A stretch of DNA of 64,000 nt from Clostridia bacterium. GTDB lineage: Bacteria > Bacillota > Clostridia > Christensenellales > UBA1242. The stretch's first letter is position 1. Every line of letters begins with the position of its first letter. The DNA lies in NCBI GenBank assembly GCA_045650505.1, contig JAZRRE010000010.1:15258-79257 (forward strand), given 5' to 3'. A program made the position numbers and the translations under genes. The notes under the pieces are model-generated. The model had not been told where the DNA came from. It did no database searches and was given only the letters and a program-made list of their open reading frames with translations. Positions 35,527-46,379 of the stretch are shown one piece after another.

Positions 35527-36558
35527 ATGGAAAGTTTGAATAAACAAAAGTTTTCATTTAGATATATAACCATTGCTTATTTAATTCCATTTATTTTGCA
35601 AATAATGCTTTTTGGTTATCAAGTTTCAAAGGGCATTGTTTCAGTTTGGAACATTATTACTATTGTAATGATGATTTTTCTTTATGGCTATGCAATAAGA
35701 AATATGAAAAAGGCGAATTTTAATGTCGAAGAAATAATAACCAAAAATAAAGAAAAGTTTAATACAATCATCAAACAGCAAAAAGAAAAAACTAGTAAAA
35801 AAACAAGGCTTATTGTTTTGTTTATTGCAATTATTTTTGGTGCGATTTCAGCCTTATTCTTTTATTTGCATTCTTCAAAAACAGAAGGATTAGAAATTGT
35901 AAATTCAAGGGTTGTTGACCAATGGGGAGAAACAACTGTTGTGATTGAAGAAACAGATGAGGGAATTCAAGAAACTGAAAGCGATTATATTGAAGTTACT
36001 GTTGAGTATGAGTTTAAAGGTGAAACAAAAGGTGCTGTGATTAAGGCAACAACAACTGATAAAATTTATGTTGATGAGCTTAAAATCTTTATTGATGAAG
36101 AAGGTAAGTTTGTTGCAGATTATGGCAGATTGATGGTTTGGAAATTTGAGGCAATTGTATTTTTAAGTTGTGCGATAATATTACTTCTTTGTTCAATGTT
36201 TGCACTTGCTGGTGAATTTATTGGCGGCTCTATATTTATGCTTATTGGAACAGCTTTAATGTTTGTTATTAGCAGTCCTTTGTTTGAGAATTTCTTATAT
36301 AACGATTTAACTTGTTTTACTCTTCTTTTTGCCAATGTGGGTGTATGTTTACTCATTTGCGGAATATTTGTTATGATTTTTGGCAGATATTCGGTTTATG
36401 GATTGTATAATACTGAACTTGCAAACAAATCAACATTTAATGAATTTGGTGAGACAATAATGGTTGAAGATGTTGAACAAAAATGTGAATGTTGCGGAGA
36501 AAAAATTGCTCCAACAGATAAATTCTGTGGAAATTGTGGTATGAAGATTAATCGCTAG
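35527..36558 (+). CDS. Polytopic membrane protein with a C-terminal zinc ribbon
   Basis: Several TM helices are present. The C-terminus reads CECCGEKIAPTDKFCGNCG. ATG 35527 is preferred (SD GAGAGG). Confidence 0.55.
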   Translation: MESLNKQKFSFRYITIAYLIPFILQIMLFGYQVSKGIVSVWNIITIVMMIFLYGYAIRNMKKANFNVEEIITKNKEKFNTIIKQQKEKTSKKTRLIVLFIAIIFGAISALFFYLHSSKTEGLEIVNSRVVDQWGETTVVIEETDEGIQETESDYIEVTVEYEFKGETKGAVIKATTTDKIYVDELKIFIDEEGKFVADYGRLMVWKFEAIVFLSCAIILLLCSMFALAGEFIGGSIFMLIGTALMFVISSPLFENFLYNDLTCFTLLFANVGVCLLICGIFVMIFGRYSVYGLYNTELANKSTFNEFGETIMVEDVEQKCECCGEKIAPTDKFCGNCGMKINR

Positions 36559-36574
36559 AAAAAGGACGATTTAT

Positions 36575-37258
36575 ATGAATGATTTTAAATTGACAGTTGA
36601 ACAGAGTGCCAAAAACACAGAAATAGTGCTTGCTTATTTTTTGCAGAAAAAAATTTATTCAGCACAAGAATTTATTGTGGGTGACGGATATGGAAAATTT
36701 CCAGACATTCGTTCAGTAGATAATTCTCTTGGTATAGAGGTTGTGCAGGCTGAATTTCCAGAAGACTTTGTTTCAAATATTATTTGGAAAAAGTATGAGA
36801 AGTTTAAGGGGAATGCAAGAAAGATTAAAACTTATGTAAAAACAAAGCTTAAATCTTTTGAAACAATGCTCTTCATAAACAAAAACAAAGTTGAGGCTTG
36901 GTCAGTGAAAAAAGCCGGTCAGACAGCATATTATTCAAGAAATATTTTTGAAAAAGCGATTTGTAAAAAACTTGAAAAATTAAATGATGGAAATTATGCT
37001 TCTATTAATGGTGAAATAAATTTAGCACTTATCAGTGTGTTTAGAGAAAAGCCTGATAAAGTGATTAGTTTAATACAACAAAAATATGCAGAAGTGCGTG
37101 ATTTGTATGTTCAAATATTTAAAAAAATATTTGTGCTTTTCACAGATGCCATTTTTGAAATAGATGGCGAAAATATCACAAAATACGAACTTTCAGATGA
37201 TGAGCTTAAAACACTTGAAAAGGATTTTAAAAAGATTATAAAAAATACCAAAAAATAG
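36575..37258 (+). CDS. Hypothetical protein (227 aa)
   Basis: ORF 16 nt after the preceding stop. A weak PD...E motif (FPDIRSVDNSLGIEVVQAE) is not enough to call a nuclease. Confidence 0.5.
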   Translation: MNDFKLTVEQSAKNTEIVLAYFLQKKIYSAQEFIVGDGYGKFPDIRSVDNSLGIEVVQAEFPEDFVSNIIWKKYEKFKGNARKIKTYVKTKLKSFETMLFINKNKVEAWSVKKAGQTAYYSRNIFEKAICKKLEKLNDGNYASINGEINLALISVFREKPDKVISLIQQKYAEVRDLYVQIFKKIFVLFTDAIFEIDGENITKYELSDDELKTLEKDFKKIIKNTKK

Positions 37259-37267
37259 GAGTTTATT

Positions 37268-37642
37268 ATGAGTCAAAAGGTTTTTGTTTCGTGGGAAGAT
37301 ATTAATAAATATCTTGACGGTGTTGTTGAAGATGTGAAAAAAAGAGGTTTAAAGCCTAGTGGCGTTTATGGTGTTCCAAGAGGAGGGCTTATTTTTGCCA
37401 CAATGCTTTCTTATAAAATGGATATCCCTCTTCTTTTAAATGCAGCAAAAGATTGCATTATTATTGATGATATCGCAGATAGCGGAAGAACACTTATGCA
37501 CTTTACAAAAAACGATACACAATTTCATAAATTCTATATAACAACGATGTATTATCACGAAAGAAGTATGGTGAAACCCGACTATTTTATGTTTGAAAAG
37601 AAAGATAATTGGATTGTGTATCCTTATGAATTTGATAACTAA
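37268..37642 (+). CDS. Minimal phosphoribosyltransferase-domain protein (124 aa)
   Basis: The PRPP-binding loop is CIIIDDIADSGRTL, preceded by GVPRGGLIFA. Confidence 0.7.
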   Translation: MSQKVFVSWEDINKYLDGVVEDVKKRGLKPSGVYGVPRGGLIFATMLSYKMDIPLLLNAAKDCIIIDDIADSGRTLMHFTKNDTQFHKFYITTMYYHERSMVKPDYFMFEKKDNWIVYPYEFDN

Positions 37643-37651
37643 AGGTGAATT

Positions 37652-38197
37652 ATGGAAATTTTGGTAATGCGTCACGGAACAACTGTTTGGAATGAGAAAA
37701 AGATTGTTCAAGGACGAACAAATAACCGTTTGAGTGTGGCGGGAAAAGAAATTGCAAGCGAGAGAGCAAAAGAATTTAAAAATGAGAAAATTGACCTGAT
37801 TTTTGCCTCTCCACTTATGCGAACAATGCAAACTGCAAACATAATGAATAAATTTCATAATGTGAAAATTGTTAAAGACGAAAGAATTATAGAAATCGAC
37901 CAAGGCATTTTTGCTGGAAGAAAAAAATCGACTTTGACACCTGAAGAAATTGCATTTAAAAGGGCACAAGCAGAAGGAACAAAAATGGAAAAATTTTCTG
38001 CCGTTTTTAAAAGGTGCACAGAGTTTATTGAGTTTTTAAAAAAAGAGTATAGTGATAAAAGAATTTTGATTGTTACTCACAATATTGTTGCTAGTTTTAT
38101 TGAGCTTGCAATAAAAAATGGGTATCGCTATAGAGAAGAATATATTGATAAGCCATGCATATTTAAAAATGCAGAGCTTAAAATTTTTGAAATATAA
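37652..38197 (+). CDS. Histidine phosphatase family protein (phosphoglycerate mutase-like)
   Basis: LVMRHGTTVWN (RHG catalytic motif) and IVTHN. Confidence 0.8.
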   Translation: MEILVMRHGTTVWNEKKIVQGRTNNRLSVAGKEIASERAKEFKNEKIDLIFASPLMRTMQTANIMNKFHNVKIVKDERIIEIDQGIFAGRKKSTLTPEEIAFKRAQAEGTKMEKFSAVFKRCTEFIEFLKKEYSDKRILIVTHNIVASFIELAIKNGYRYREEYIDKPCIFKNAELKIFEI

Positions 38198-38223
38198 AAA
38201 GAAGACTAATCTAGTCTTCTTTT

Positions 38224-38949
38224 TTAATCGGAAACTTTTGCCCTAACAGGACACTCATAACTCATTATTTCATTGAAAGGATTTCTTTCAAGATTAGGTG
38301 AAAAATAAAAATCTTCAATTGTGAAAGGTTTTGTTTGAGGATTTTGTTTCAAAAAGTCTAATGCGGATAAGAATGCTGCGATGTCAATTTTATATTGTTT
38401 TCCATCAAGTGTGATTACATTGTAATAATGGTGCATTAATCTCAAATTATTCATTTCAATAGGTTCGTTATTTGTGTTAAAACCATAAAATCCATCATAG
38501 CAATAGGCTGGTTCTTCAATAATTTCGCAATCGATGTCAAAGTCCATCGCAAAACGTTTTATTTCATTTGCAAAAATTTTGCAAGTGCCTTTTTTGAGGG
38601 CAAATATAGTTGGATAAATTTTGGCAATTTTTCCATTTCGAATATCATTATCTGCTTGATGAAGGGTAATTGCTTTTTTTGTTGGGGTGTAATAATCGTA
38701 AACTTGTTTTCTTGGAAAGGTTGCTCTGTGGTCTTCTAAAAAGCTGTAATCGTATTCGAAAAGTTTAAGATAGAGTGGGTCAACAGAGTCTATTTCTAAA
38801 ATTTCACTTACCGGAAGGTTGTTTAAAAAATAGTCAACCACAAACTTAATTTGTTCAAGTTTTGTGTTAAATTGTTTTGCTTTTTCTAAAAGTTTTTCTC
38901 TGCGGGCATTATTAAACTGATAGACTTCTGCCATTTCAAAATAGTTCAT
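38224..38949 (-). CDS. Transglutaminase-like (Cys-His-Asp) domain protein
   Basis: KKGTCKIFANE (Cys), LMHHYYNV (His) and KQYKIDI (Asp) occur in the usual order and spacing. Confidence 0.5.
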   Translation of the reverse strand: MNYFEMAEVYQFNNARREKLLEKAKQFNTKLEQIKFVVDYFLNNLPVSEILEIDSVDPLYLKLFEYDYSFLEDHRATFPRKQVYDYYTPTKKAITLHQADNDIRNGKIAKIYPTIFALKKGTCKIFANEIKRFAMDFDIDCEIIEEPAYCYDGFYGFNTNNEPIEMNNLRLMHHYYNVITLDGKQYKIDIAAFLSALDFLKQNPQTKPFTIEDFYFSPNLERNPFNEIMSYECPVRAKVSD

Positions 38950-39076
38950 AACACCTCCTAAAACAAAGTGATTCTATTCTACTATAATCTTATCTCTTTG
39001 TAAATAGGGGATATTGTTTTCTTTTAAAATTTTTTGCACAAAAAAAGCAGTGGGGTTCACTGCTTTTTGTTTTTTA

Positions 39077-39499
39077 TTATCTTAAAATGATTGTTGTGCT
39101 GGTTGGGCAAATTTCATCACCTTCAGCTAAAACAATTTCTTGACCATGTTTATATTCTTGAACATAGTTGCCAATTCTGATGTTGAAAACTGAAGTTGCA
39201 TCGTTTGAAGCAAGAACTGTCCATTTGCCTGGTTTGATTCCGCCTTTGCCAACGTGCATTTTGTTTCTAGGTTTAATGATGATGTCGCCTTGAATGTATG
39301 TAACATTGTCATTACCTTTTTCATCAACGATTGTTGCTTCAGGTGTATATCTTACGCCATGTTTAACAACAACTTCGTCAACTTCACGAGTTTTTTCTTC
39401 AGCACGAATTTTTGCTTTTTTAACTGTTGCGATAACTGATGAAAGAACTGTTAAAACAACAATACCAATTATCACGCCACCAATAATATAATCTACCAT
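39077..39499 (-). CDS. Single-pass membrane-anchored small protein
   Basis: The start is moved to ATG 39499 (SD GGAGG 5 nt upstream). The TM is YIIGGVIIGIVVLTVLSSVIATV. Confidence 0.55.
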   Translation of the reverse strand: MVDYIIGGVIIGIVVLTVLSSVIATVKKAKIRAEEKTREVDEVVVKHGVRYTPEATIVDEKGNDNVTYIQGDIIIKPRNKMHVGKGGIKPGKWTVLASNDATSVFNIRIGNYVQEYKHGQEIVLAEGDEICPTSTTIILR

Positions 39500-39570
39500 A
39501 TTTTCCTCCAAGGTACTTTTAACTGATTTAAATATAGCACAATAATTTTTGTTTTTGCAACTAATTTGGT

Positions 39571-41784
39571 TTAATAGTTGAAATTTTTAACAAAGAATTT
39601 ACTTTGTTTCTTGTTTATTTGTTTTAAAAGTTCAAATCTGCAATTTTTAAGTTTGATTCGCCTTATTTTATATTCACCAAGATTAGGATTTTTATAAGTT
39701 AAATCATAATTAAATTTGCAAGATGAACAAGTTGTTTTTGTTGCTGCTTTATAAGGGCAGTGGGCAAATGTCATAAGAGGAAAACTTCCACCCTCGAAAC
39801 CTATTAAATTGTTTTCTTGAATAAAACTTTCATCCGCTTCTATGCTTGCTGCGATTGTTTTGATATTTAGGGCGTTTAGGCATTTTATTGCGTAATTATT
39901 TTTTATATTTAGAAGAGGTGAAACAATGATTTTATGACCCACCTTGCCATAATAAATTGCACTAATGTTGTTTGCGTAAAGTGTAATTTTTTCTGGAAGT
40001 TTGTTTAAAATTTCTTCAAGATAAATTCTATCTTCAAAAGAGAGAATTGTTGGAATAAAAAGTGCAAACTGTTCATTTAAAGCTTGATAAGCATTTAAAA
40101 TGTCGTTTGGCAAATAATTATCTGGTGCAAAAACATATATTGTGTTTTTGTTAATGTTTGATAGTTCGTTTATGTTTCTAAAAAGAACAACATTTGTTGG
40201 CTTTGAAATGGTTTTATTACTTTTTAAAGTGTTAAAGTTTAAATCATTAAATTTTGCATTTATATGTTCTTCGTTTTCTTTGATTATTGAGTTTTCAAGA
40301 ATTGAAATAATTTCACGCCTTGCTTCATTAATTTTGCTTTTTGGAAGAAAGATGTTATCTGTTTCAAATTCAAAATTTTGAAGAATGAAAGGTGTTTCAT
40401 TTAGTTTTTCAAACTGTGTTTTAAAGTCGGTTTCGGTTGCAGGAAGTTTGCTGGCTTTTTCAAGCAAATAGTTTGATTTGAAAGTTGAATTTATGCTGTT
40501 TGCTATTGCAATAACTTCAAGAGATTTTCCTGCAAATGCATTTATTTTGATATTTATTTTTATTTTTTTGGTATTTTTTAATATTTTTTCTTCATTTTTA
40601 AAGCTTTGTGTTAAATGTACGTCAAGTCCGGCTTCAAATTTATTTTTTGTATAAATGATATATTTGTCACTACTTATATTTTCAACATTTCCAACACCAA
40701 GTGAAGCAACTTGTGTTTTTGTTTTTGAATTGATTATTTTCAAGCCATCACCGGCAGAAATCTCTCTATCAAGTTTAAGGGTTGCTTTGACTAAATCATT
40801 TTTAAAAGGCTCAACCTTTAGCACGGTTCCAATTTTAATGCCGATATGGTTTTGGTAATCACTGAAAATAACAGGTTCTTCTTTTGTGTTTTCAAGATAT
40901 GCTGATTTATTGTAAGCACCCCTTGAATAAGTGATTTTAAGTTCTTCTTCAGCCTTGCTTAAAAAGTCTTTTGAAAAACCCCCATCTTTAATTTTTTCAA
41001 GTGCTGTTTTATAAATTTTTGTTGCGGTGGCTGTGTAGCCAGCGTGACGCATTCTGCCTTCAATTTTAAAACTTGTGACACCTGCGTTTATTAGTGTTTC
41101 AAGATTTTCAAGAAGGGAAAGGTCACGAGTGCTTAAATAATAAGAAGTCTCATTGTTTAAAGAATTTTCATAAGGAAGTCTGCAAAGTTGCAAGCATTTG
41201 CCTTCATTTCCACTTGCATTCTTTTCGAGTGAACTTAAATAGCAGTTTCCTGAAAAGGCAACACAGAGAGCACCTTGAACAAAATATTCAATTTCAAGAT
41301 TTGTGTTGTTTTTAATTTCTTTAATGTCTTCAAGTGTGGTTTCTCTTGAGAGAACTATTCTTGAAAAACCAAGTTCTTCAGCAACTTTTGCACCATTTAA
41401 ATTGTGAATGCCCATTTGTGTGCTTGCGTGAAGTTCAATGCCATCAAAAGAAGATTTTAAAAGGTGAGCAACGCCAAAATCTTGAACAATGAAGGCATCA
41501 ACTTTTGAGTCAATTAAAACCTTAATCATTTCAATAAATTTTTCAAAGTCTTCATTTTCGATAAGAGTGTTGACAGTGATATAAACTTTCACTCCAAATT
41601 TATGAGCATATTTAACGTATTCACGAATATTTTCTTCTGTAAAATTTTCAGCTTTTATTCGTGCATTAAAAGATGACAGTCCAAGATAGACTGCATCTGC
41701 ACCATTATTTATGTTTGCATAGAAACACTCTGGGTTTCCAGCAGGGGATAATATTTCAAGTTCGTTTAAGTTTATATTTTTCAT
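39571..41784 (-). CDS. Peptidase U32 family protein (YegQ/RlhA/TrhP-type) with a long C-terminal extension
   Basis: LEILSPAGN...GADAVYLG...SRETTLEDI...EYFVQGALCVAFSGNCYLS...KCLQLCR are typical U32 motifs. Confidence 0.8.
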   Translation of the reverse strand: MKNINLNELEILSPAGNPECFYANINNGADAVYLGLSSFNARIKAENFTEENIREYVKYAHKFGVKVYITVNTLIENEDFEKFIEMIKVLIDSKVDAFIVQDFGVAHLLKSSFDGIELHASTQMGIHNLNGAKVAEELGFSRIVLSRETTLEDIKEIKNNTNLEIEYFVQGALCVAFSGNCYLSSLEKNASGNEGKCLQLCRLPYENSLNNETSYYLSTRDLSLLENLETLINAGVTSFKIEGRMRHAGYTATATKIYKTALEKIKDGGFSKDFLSKAEEELKITYSRGAYNKSAYLENTKEEPVIFSDYQNHIGIKIGTVLKVEPFKNDLVKATLKLDREISAGDGLKIINSKTKTQVASLGVGNVENISSDKYIIYTKNKFEAGLDVHLTQSFKNEEKILKNTKKIKINIKINAFAGKSLEVIAIANSINSTFKSNYLLEKASKLPATETDFKTQFEKLNETPFILQNFEFETDNIFLPKSKINEARREIISILENSIIKENEEHINAKFNDLNFNTLKSNKTISKPTNVVLFRNINELSNINKNTIYVFAPDNYLPNDILNAYQALNEQFALFIPTILSFEDRIYLEEILNKLPEKITLYANNISAIYYGKVGHKIIVSPLLNIKNNYAIKCLNALNIKTIAASIEADESFIQENNLIGFEGGSFPLMTFAHCPYKAATKTTCSSCKFNYDLTYKNPNLGEYKIRRIKLKNCRFELLKQINKKQSKFFVKNFNY

Positions 41785-41837
41785 AGCCTATTAAAAAATG
41801 ATACAAGAAATGTATCATTTTCCATAATAAATTTATT

Positions 41838-42518
41838 TTAAAGTTTGCCAAGTTCTTTAAGTTTTTCAACGGCAAGGTTATAACAATGTTCAATGGTTTG
41901 AGGAATTGTCATATTTGTGTTGTCAACAACAATAGAGTCATGTGTTACGACCATTCTTGAAAATTCACGGTGTGTATCACGATAATCTCTCTTTTTGAGG
42001 CTTTCAAGCACTTCAGCATAAGTGGTTTGAATTCCACGATTATAGTCATCTTGAAGTCTTCTGTTTGCTCTGCATTCAACGCTTGCATCTAAAAAGAATT
42101 TTACATCAGCATTTGGAAGAACTTCGCTTGTGATGTTTCTTCCATCAATAACGCAGTCAAAATTTTCTGCAAATTCACGACTGATGTTGTTCATTTTTTC
42201 CATTGCATCTGGATAGATTGCAAGTTTTGAAGCGAGTCCACCCATTTTTTCACTTCTAATTTCTTTTGAAACATCTTCACGATTTAAAAGTGTGATTTGT
42301 TTGTCATCTTCAAAAACAACTTTGACTTCAAATGTTTTAATGTATTTATCAATAATGTCTTGTGTGAAGTCTTCAATGTTAAGTCTTGCAAAATATAGAC
42401 CCATTGCACGAAGAATTGCTCCTGTGTCTAAATGTTTTAAATTTAACTTTTTAGCAAGTCCTTTTGAAAGTTCACCTTTGCCACTTCCAGCGTAGCCATC
42501 GATTGCTATATTTATCAT
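41838..42518 (-). CDS. cmk: Cytidylate kinase
   Basis: IAIDGYAGSGKGELSKGLAKKLNLKHLDTGAILRA and VIDGRNI. Confidence 0.9.
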   Translation of the reverse strand: MINIAIDGYAGSGKGELSKGLAKKLNLKHLDTGAILRAMGLYFARLNIEDFTQDIIDKYIKTFEVKVVFEDDKQITLLNREDVSKEIRSEKMGGLASKLAIYPDAMEKMNNISREFAENFDCVIDGRNITSEVLPNADVKFFLDASVECRANRRLQDDYNRGIQTTYAEVLESLKKRDYRDTHREFSRMVVTHDSIVVDNTNMTIPQTIEHCYNLAVEKLKELGKL

Positions 42519-42642
42519 AGGTTTTCTCCTTAAATTTGTAAAATTTTGTGTTTTGTTATTTTAATAATACATAATAGACAAAATATTGTCAAATATCAGT
42601 TTTAATATTGACAAAAAAATCATAAAATTGGATAATTGATAT

Positions 42643-43386
42643 ATGAATTTATTTAGAAAAATTAAGAAATTGTTACTCTCTATCGAAGATTCACTTTCAA
42701 AAGAACATTCTTGCATTTGTTGTGGAAATGAAATTTTAGATGGAAGTGAGTTTCAACTTTGTGAAAAATGTTTAAATAATATGCAAAAAATTAATGAACC
42801 TATTTGTTTAAGGTGTGGTGAATCTTTAGAGAATGGTAAATTAAATTGTGAGTTTTGTGAGCATTTTAATTACGCATTTAAATCAAACAGGTCGATTTTT
42901 TATTATGATGACACATCTTCGAAAATTATTAAAGGGTTAAAATATAATCAAAGAAAATATTATGCGAAATTTATTGCAAGAATGATGACTGAAGATAAGT
43001 CAATTTTTGAAAATATTGATGTGATTACATTTGTTCCAATCAGCGGTAAAAGAAAAAGGGTTCGTGGGTTCAATCAAGCGGAAGAAATTGCAAAAGAAAT
43101 TTCAAAGATTGTTGGTATTGAAACAATTGAGTTGCTTGAGAAAGTGAAAGACAACAAAACACAAGCAGGTTTGTCACAAAAAGAAAGACTTGAAAATTTG
43201 AAAGGAACTTTTGCGGTTAAAACAGGTCTTGAAGATAAAATTGTTGGAAAGAATGTTTTGATTGTTGATGATGTTTTTACAACAGGCGCAACACTTAATG
43301 AGTGTTCAAGTGTTTTAAAGAAGGAAAAACCAAAAGTTATTAAAACTTTAACCTTTGCAAAAACTAAATTATTTTCGATAAATTAA
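42643..43386 (+). CDS. comFC: ComF family protein (double zinc ribbon plus PRTase domain)
   Basis: CICCGN...CEKC and CLRCGE...CEFC ribbons, with PRPP loop VLIVDDVFTTGATL. Confidence 0.85.
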   Translation: MNLFRKIKKLLLSIEDSLSKEHSCICCGNEILDGSEFQLCEKCLNNMQKINEPICLRCGESLENGKLNCEFCEHFNYAFKSNRSIFYYDDTSSKIIKGLKYNQRKYYAKFIARMMTEDKSIFENIDVITFVPISGKRKRVRGFNQAEEIAKEISKIVGIETIELLEKVKDNKTQAGLSQKERLENLKGTFAVKTGLEDKIVGKNVLIVDDVFTTGATLNECSSVLKKEKPKVIKTLTFAKTKLFSIN

Positions 43387-43498
43387 GCATAAATTTGATA
43401 AAAAATTAGAGCTACTTAAAAAATAAAATGATACTAAACTTTACATTTTGGTTAAAATAATGTAATATGTTAGTGATTTATAAATAAAAGGGGAAATT

Positions 43499-46195
43499 AT
43501 GGGATTATTTTCTGCACTTAAAAACTTTGATAATAATAGAAGTTTAAAGAAACTTGAAAAGATTGCTTCAAAGGTTGAAGCGCTTGCTGATAAATATCAA
43601 AAGATGAGTGATGATGAACTCAAAAAACAAACAGACATTTTGAAAGAAAGATTTAAAAATGGCGAGACACTTGACGACCTTTTGCCAGATGCTTATGCGG
43701 TTGTTCGTGAAGCATCAACAAGAGTTTTAAATATGCGTCACTTCCATGTTCAAATTCTTGGTGGCATTGTGCTTCACCAAGGAAGAATTGCCGAAATGAG
43801 AACCGGTGAAGGTAAGACCCTTGTGTCAACACTTCCAGCATATTTAAACGCTCTTTCTGGCAGACCTGTTCACGTTGTTACTGTTAACGAATATCTTGCA
43901 AAGCGTGACGCTGAATGGATGGGTAAAGTTCATAGATTTTTAGGACTTTCAGTTGGTTTCATTTATTCAGGACAAGAGCAAAGTGATAAGAAAAAAGCTT
44001 ATGCTTGTGATATTACTTATGGCACAAACAGTGAATTTGGTTTTGACTATCTTCGTGATAATATGTGCACAAGAAAAGAAGATATCATGGGCAGGGGCCT
44101 TATTTATTCAATCGTCGATGAAGTTGACTCGATTTTAATCGATGAAGCTAGAACCCCGCTTATTATTTCTGGTCCTTCAGGTGAATCTTCTGACCAATAT
44201 GTGGTGGCTGCAAAGTTTGCAAAAACACTCAAAGAAGATGATGTTGAAATTGATGAAAAACAAAAAACTATTCACCTTACTGAAAGTGGTATTGCAAAAG
44301 CTGAAAGATATTATCGTATTGAAAACCTTGCAGATGTTGAAAACACTGATATCAACCACAATATCAACAACGCGATTCGTGCAAGATTTATTATGCATAA
44401 AGACGAAGATTATATCATTCGTGATGGTGAAATTTTGATTGTTGATGAATTTACCGGTCGTATTATGATTGGTAGAAGATATAGTGATGGTTTGCATCAA
44501 GCAATTGAAGCAAAAGAAAGTGTTAAAATCAAAGGTGAAAACAAAACATTTGCAACTGTTACTTTCCAAAATTTCTTTAAGCTTTATGAAAAAGTTGCCG
44601 GTATGACCGGTACTGCAAAAACCGAAGAAGGTGAATTTAGAGAAATTTATGGTCTTGATGTTGTTACAATTCCAACAAATATTCCTGTAAAGAGAATTGA
44701 TGAAAATGATGTTTTCTTCTTCTCTCGTGAAGCTAAAATTAGAGCAATTTGTAATGATATTTTAGAAACTCATAAAACAAATAGACCTGTGCTTGTTGGT
44801 ACACTTTCTGTTGCTAAATCTGAAGAACTTGCAAAAGAACTTACAAAAATTGGTATCAAACACAATATTTTGAACGCTAAAAACCATTTAAGAGAAGCAG
44901 AAATTATTGCTCAAGCTGGTCGCCTTGGTGCAGTTACCATTGCAACAAATATGGCTGGTCGTGGAACCGACATTTTGCTTGGCGGAAACAGTGAGTTTAT
45001 GGCAAAACAAGAACTCAAAAAACAAGGATATGATGAGTATGATATCGACATTGCTGCATCATTCTTCCCAATAGAAAATGAAAAACAACAAGAAGCAAGA
45101 GATTTATATTTTGAGCTTAAAGCAAAGTTTGATAAAGATGTTAAACAAGAAAAAGAACAAGTTGTTGAACTTGGTGGTCTTCGAATTATTGGCACAGAAA
45201 GACATGAAAGCAGGCGTATTGACAACCAGCTTCGTGGTCGTGCTGGTCGTCAAGGTGACCCTGGTTCTTCAGTGTTCTACATTTCAGCTGATGATGACCT
45301 TGCTCGTGTGTTTGGTGGTGAAAGATTTAAGAGAATGGCTGAATTCTTTAAGCTTGACAGTGATACTTCTGTGAATTATAAATTCTTTTCAAGAAGCATC
45401 GAATCAGCACAGAGAAAAGTTGAAGGAAACAACTATTCTATTCGTAAAAACGTTGTTGAATTTGACAATGTTTTAAACCGTCAAAGAGAAGAAGTTTACA
45501 CAGAGAGAAATCGTATCATTAATGGCGAAGATATGCACGAAAAGATTCTTTCAATGATTGATGATGTTGTTGATGATGTTGTTGATGATTTTTCACACTT
45601 TACTAAACCTGAACAAGTTGATATTGAAGCATTTAATCAAGCGTTAGAACGCCGCTTGCTTGAACCCGAAACAAACTTTATCACTCTTGAAATTTTGTCA
45701 GATTACACAATTGATGAAATTAAAGGTGAAATTTTAAAACGTGCAAAAGCAAGATATGAACTTCGAAAATCTGGATATGAAAAAGAAGGTATTAATTTTG
45801 GCGAAGTTGAAAGAGATGTGCTTCTTCGAACATTAGACAGAAAATGGATTGACCATATTGATGATATGGACAATCTTCGAACAGGTATTGGCCTTCGTGG
45901 ATATGGAAACAAAAATCCTATCACTGTTTATCAAGCAGAAGGTTTTGATATGTTTGATGAAATGATTATGTCAACAAGAAGAGATGTTGCTAACTTTATG
46001 ATGGGCATTAATATTAGAATCGGTGTTTCTCCAGAACAACTTGTTCAAATGAGAAAACAAAAAGCTATGGCTACAAATCTTCGAACAAATGGTGGCGAAC
46101 CAGCTACTCCTGTTACAAAAAAGAAAGAAGTTAGCAGAAATGCACCTTGCCCTTGTGGTAGTGGTAAAAAATACAAACAATGCTGCGGGAAATAA
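43499..46195 (+). CDS. secA: Preprotein translocase ATPase SecA
   Basis: MRTGEGKTLV, VDEVDSILIDEARTPLIISG, TNMAGRGTDI and the C-terminal zinc motif CPCGSGKKYKQCCG. Confidence 0.95.
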   Translation: MGLFSALKNFDNNRSLKKLEKIASKVEALADKYQKMSDDELKKQTDILKERFKNGETLDDLLPDAYAVVREASTRVLNMRHFHVQILGGIVLHQGRIAEMRTGEGKTLVSTLPAYLNALSGRPVHVVTVNEYLAKRDAEWMGKVHRFLGLSVGFIYSGQEQSDKKKAYACDITYGTNSEFGFDYLRDNMCTRKEDIMGRGLIYSIVDEVDSILIDEARTPLIISGPSGESSDQYVVAAKFAKTLKEDDVEIDEKQKTIHLTESGIAKAERYYRIENLADVENTDINHNINNAIRARFIMHKDEDYIIRDGEILIVDEFTGRIMIGRRYSDGLHQAIEAKESVKIKGENKTFATVTFQNFFKLYEKVAGMTGTAKTEEGEFREIYGLDVVTIPTNIPVKRIDENDVFFFSREAKIRAICNDILETHKTNRPVLVGTLSVAKSEELAKELTKIGIKHNILNAKNHLREAEIIAQAGRLGAVTIATNMAGRGTDILLGGNSEFMAKQELKKQGYDEYDIDIAASFFPIENEKQQEARDLYFELKAKFDKDVKQEKEQVVELGGLRIIGTERHESRRIDNQLRGRAGRQGDPGSSVFYISADDDLARVFGGERFKRMAEFFKLDSDTSVNYKFFSRSIESAQRKVEGNNYSIRKNVVEFDNVLNRQREEVYTERNRIINGEDMHEKILSMIDDVVDDVVDDFSHFTKPEQVDIEAFNQALERRLLEPETNFITLEILSDYTIDEIKGEILKRAKARYELRKSGYEKEGINFGEVERDVLLRTLDRKWIDHIDDMDNLRTGIGLRGYGNKNPITVYQAEGFDMFDEMIMSTRRDVANFMMGINIRIGVSPEQLVQMRKQKAMATNLRTNGGEPATPVTKKKEVSRNAPCPCGSGKKYKQCCGK

Positions 46196-46379
46196 AGTCA
46201 AAAATTAGCGAATAACTTTGTTACTAATAAAAAAACTAGACACTCGTTTACTCTATTGTAAAGTCGTGTCTAGTTTTTTTATTTTTTGCTTTTTATTTAA
46301 TTTTTGGTGTGTGTTATTTTTAAAAAGATATTGAAAATTAGTTAAGTATGTTATAAAATAATGGGCAAGGAGAGTTGAT

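Noticed and set aside
37436-37969. Long antisense or alternative-frame ORFs inside clear genes (for example 37436-37969, 9895-10268, 11740-12114, 15701-16102, 20568-20921, 21080-21538, 24863-25279, 44177-44569, 47782-48108, 63373-63867)
   Set aside because: Each lies opposite to, or out of frame with, a gene that has strong motif support. The translations are Phe/Ile/Asn/Lys-rich or Ser-rich low complexity, as expected from AT-rich or GAA-repeat antisense sequence. None has a convincing SD.
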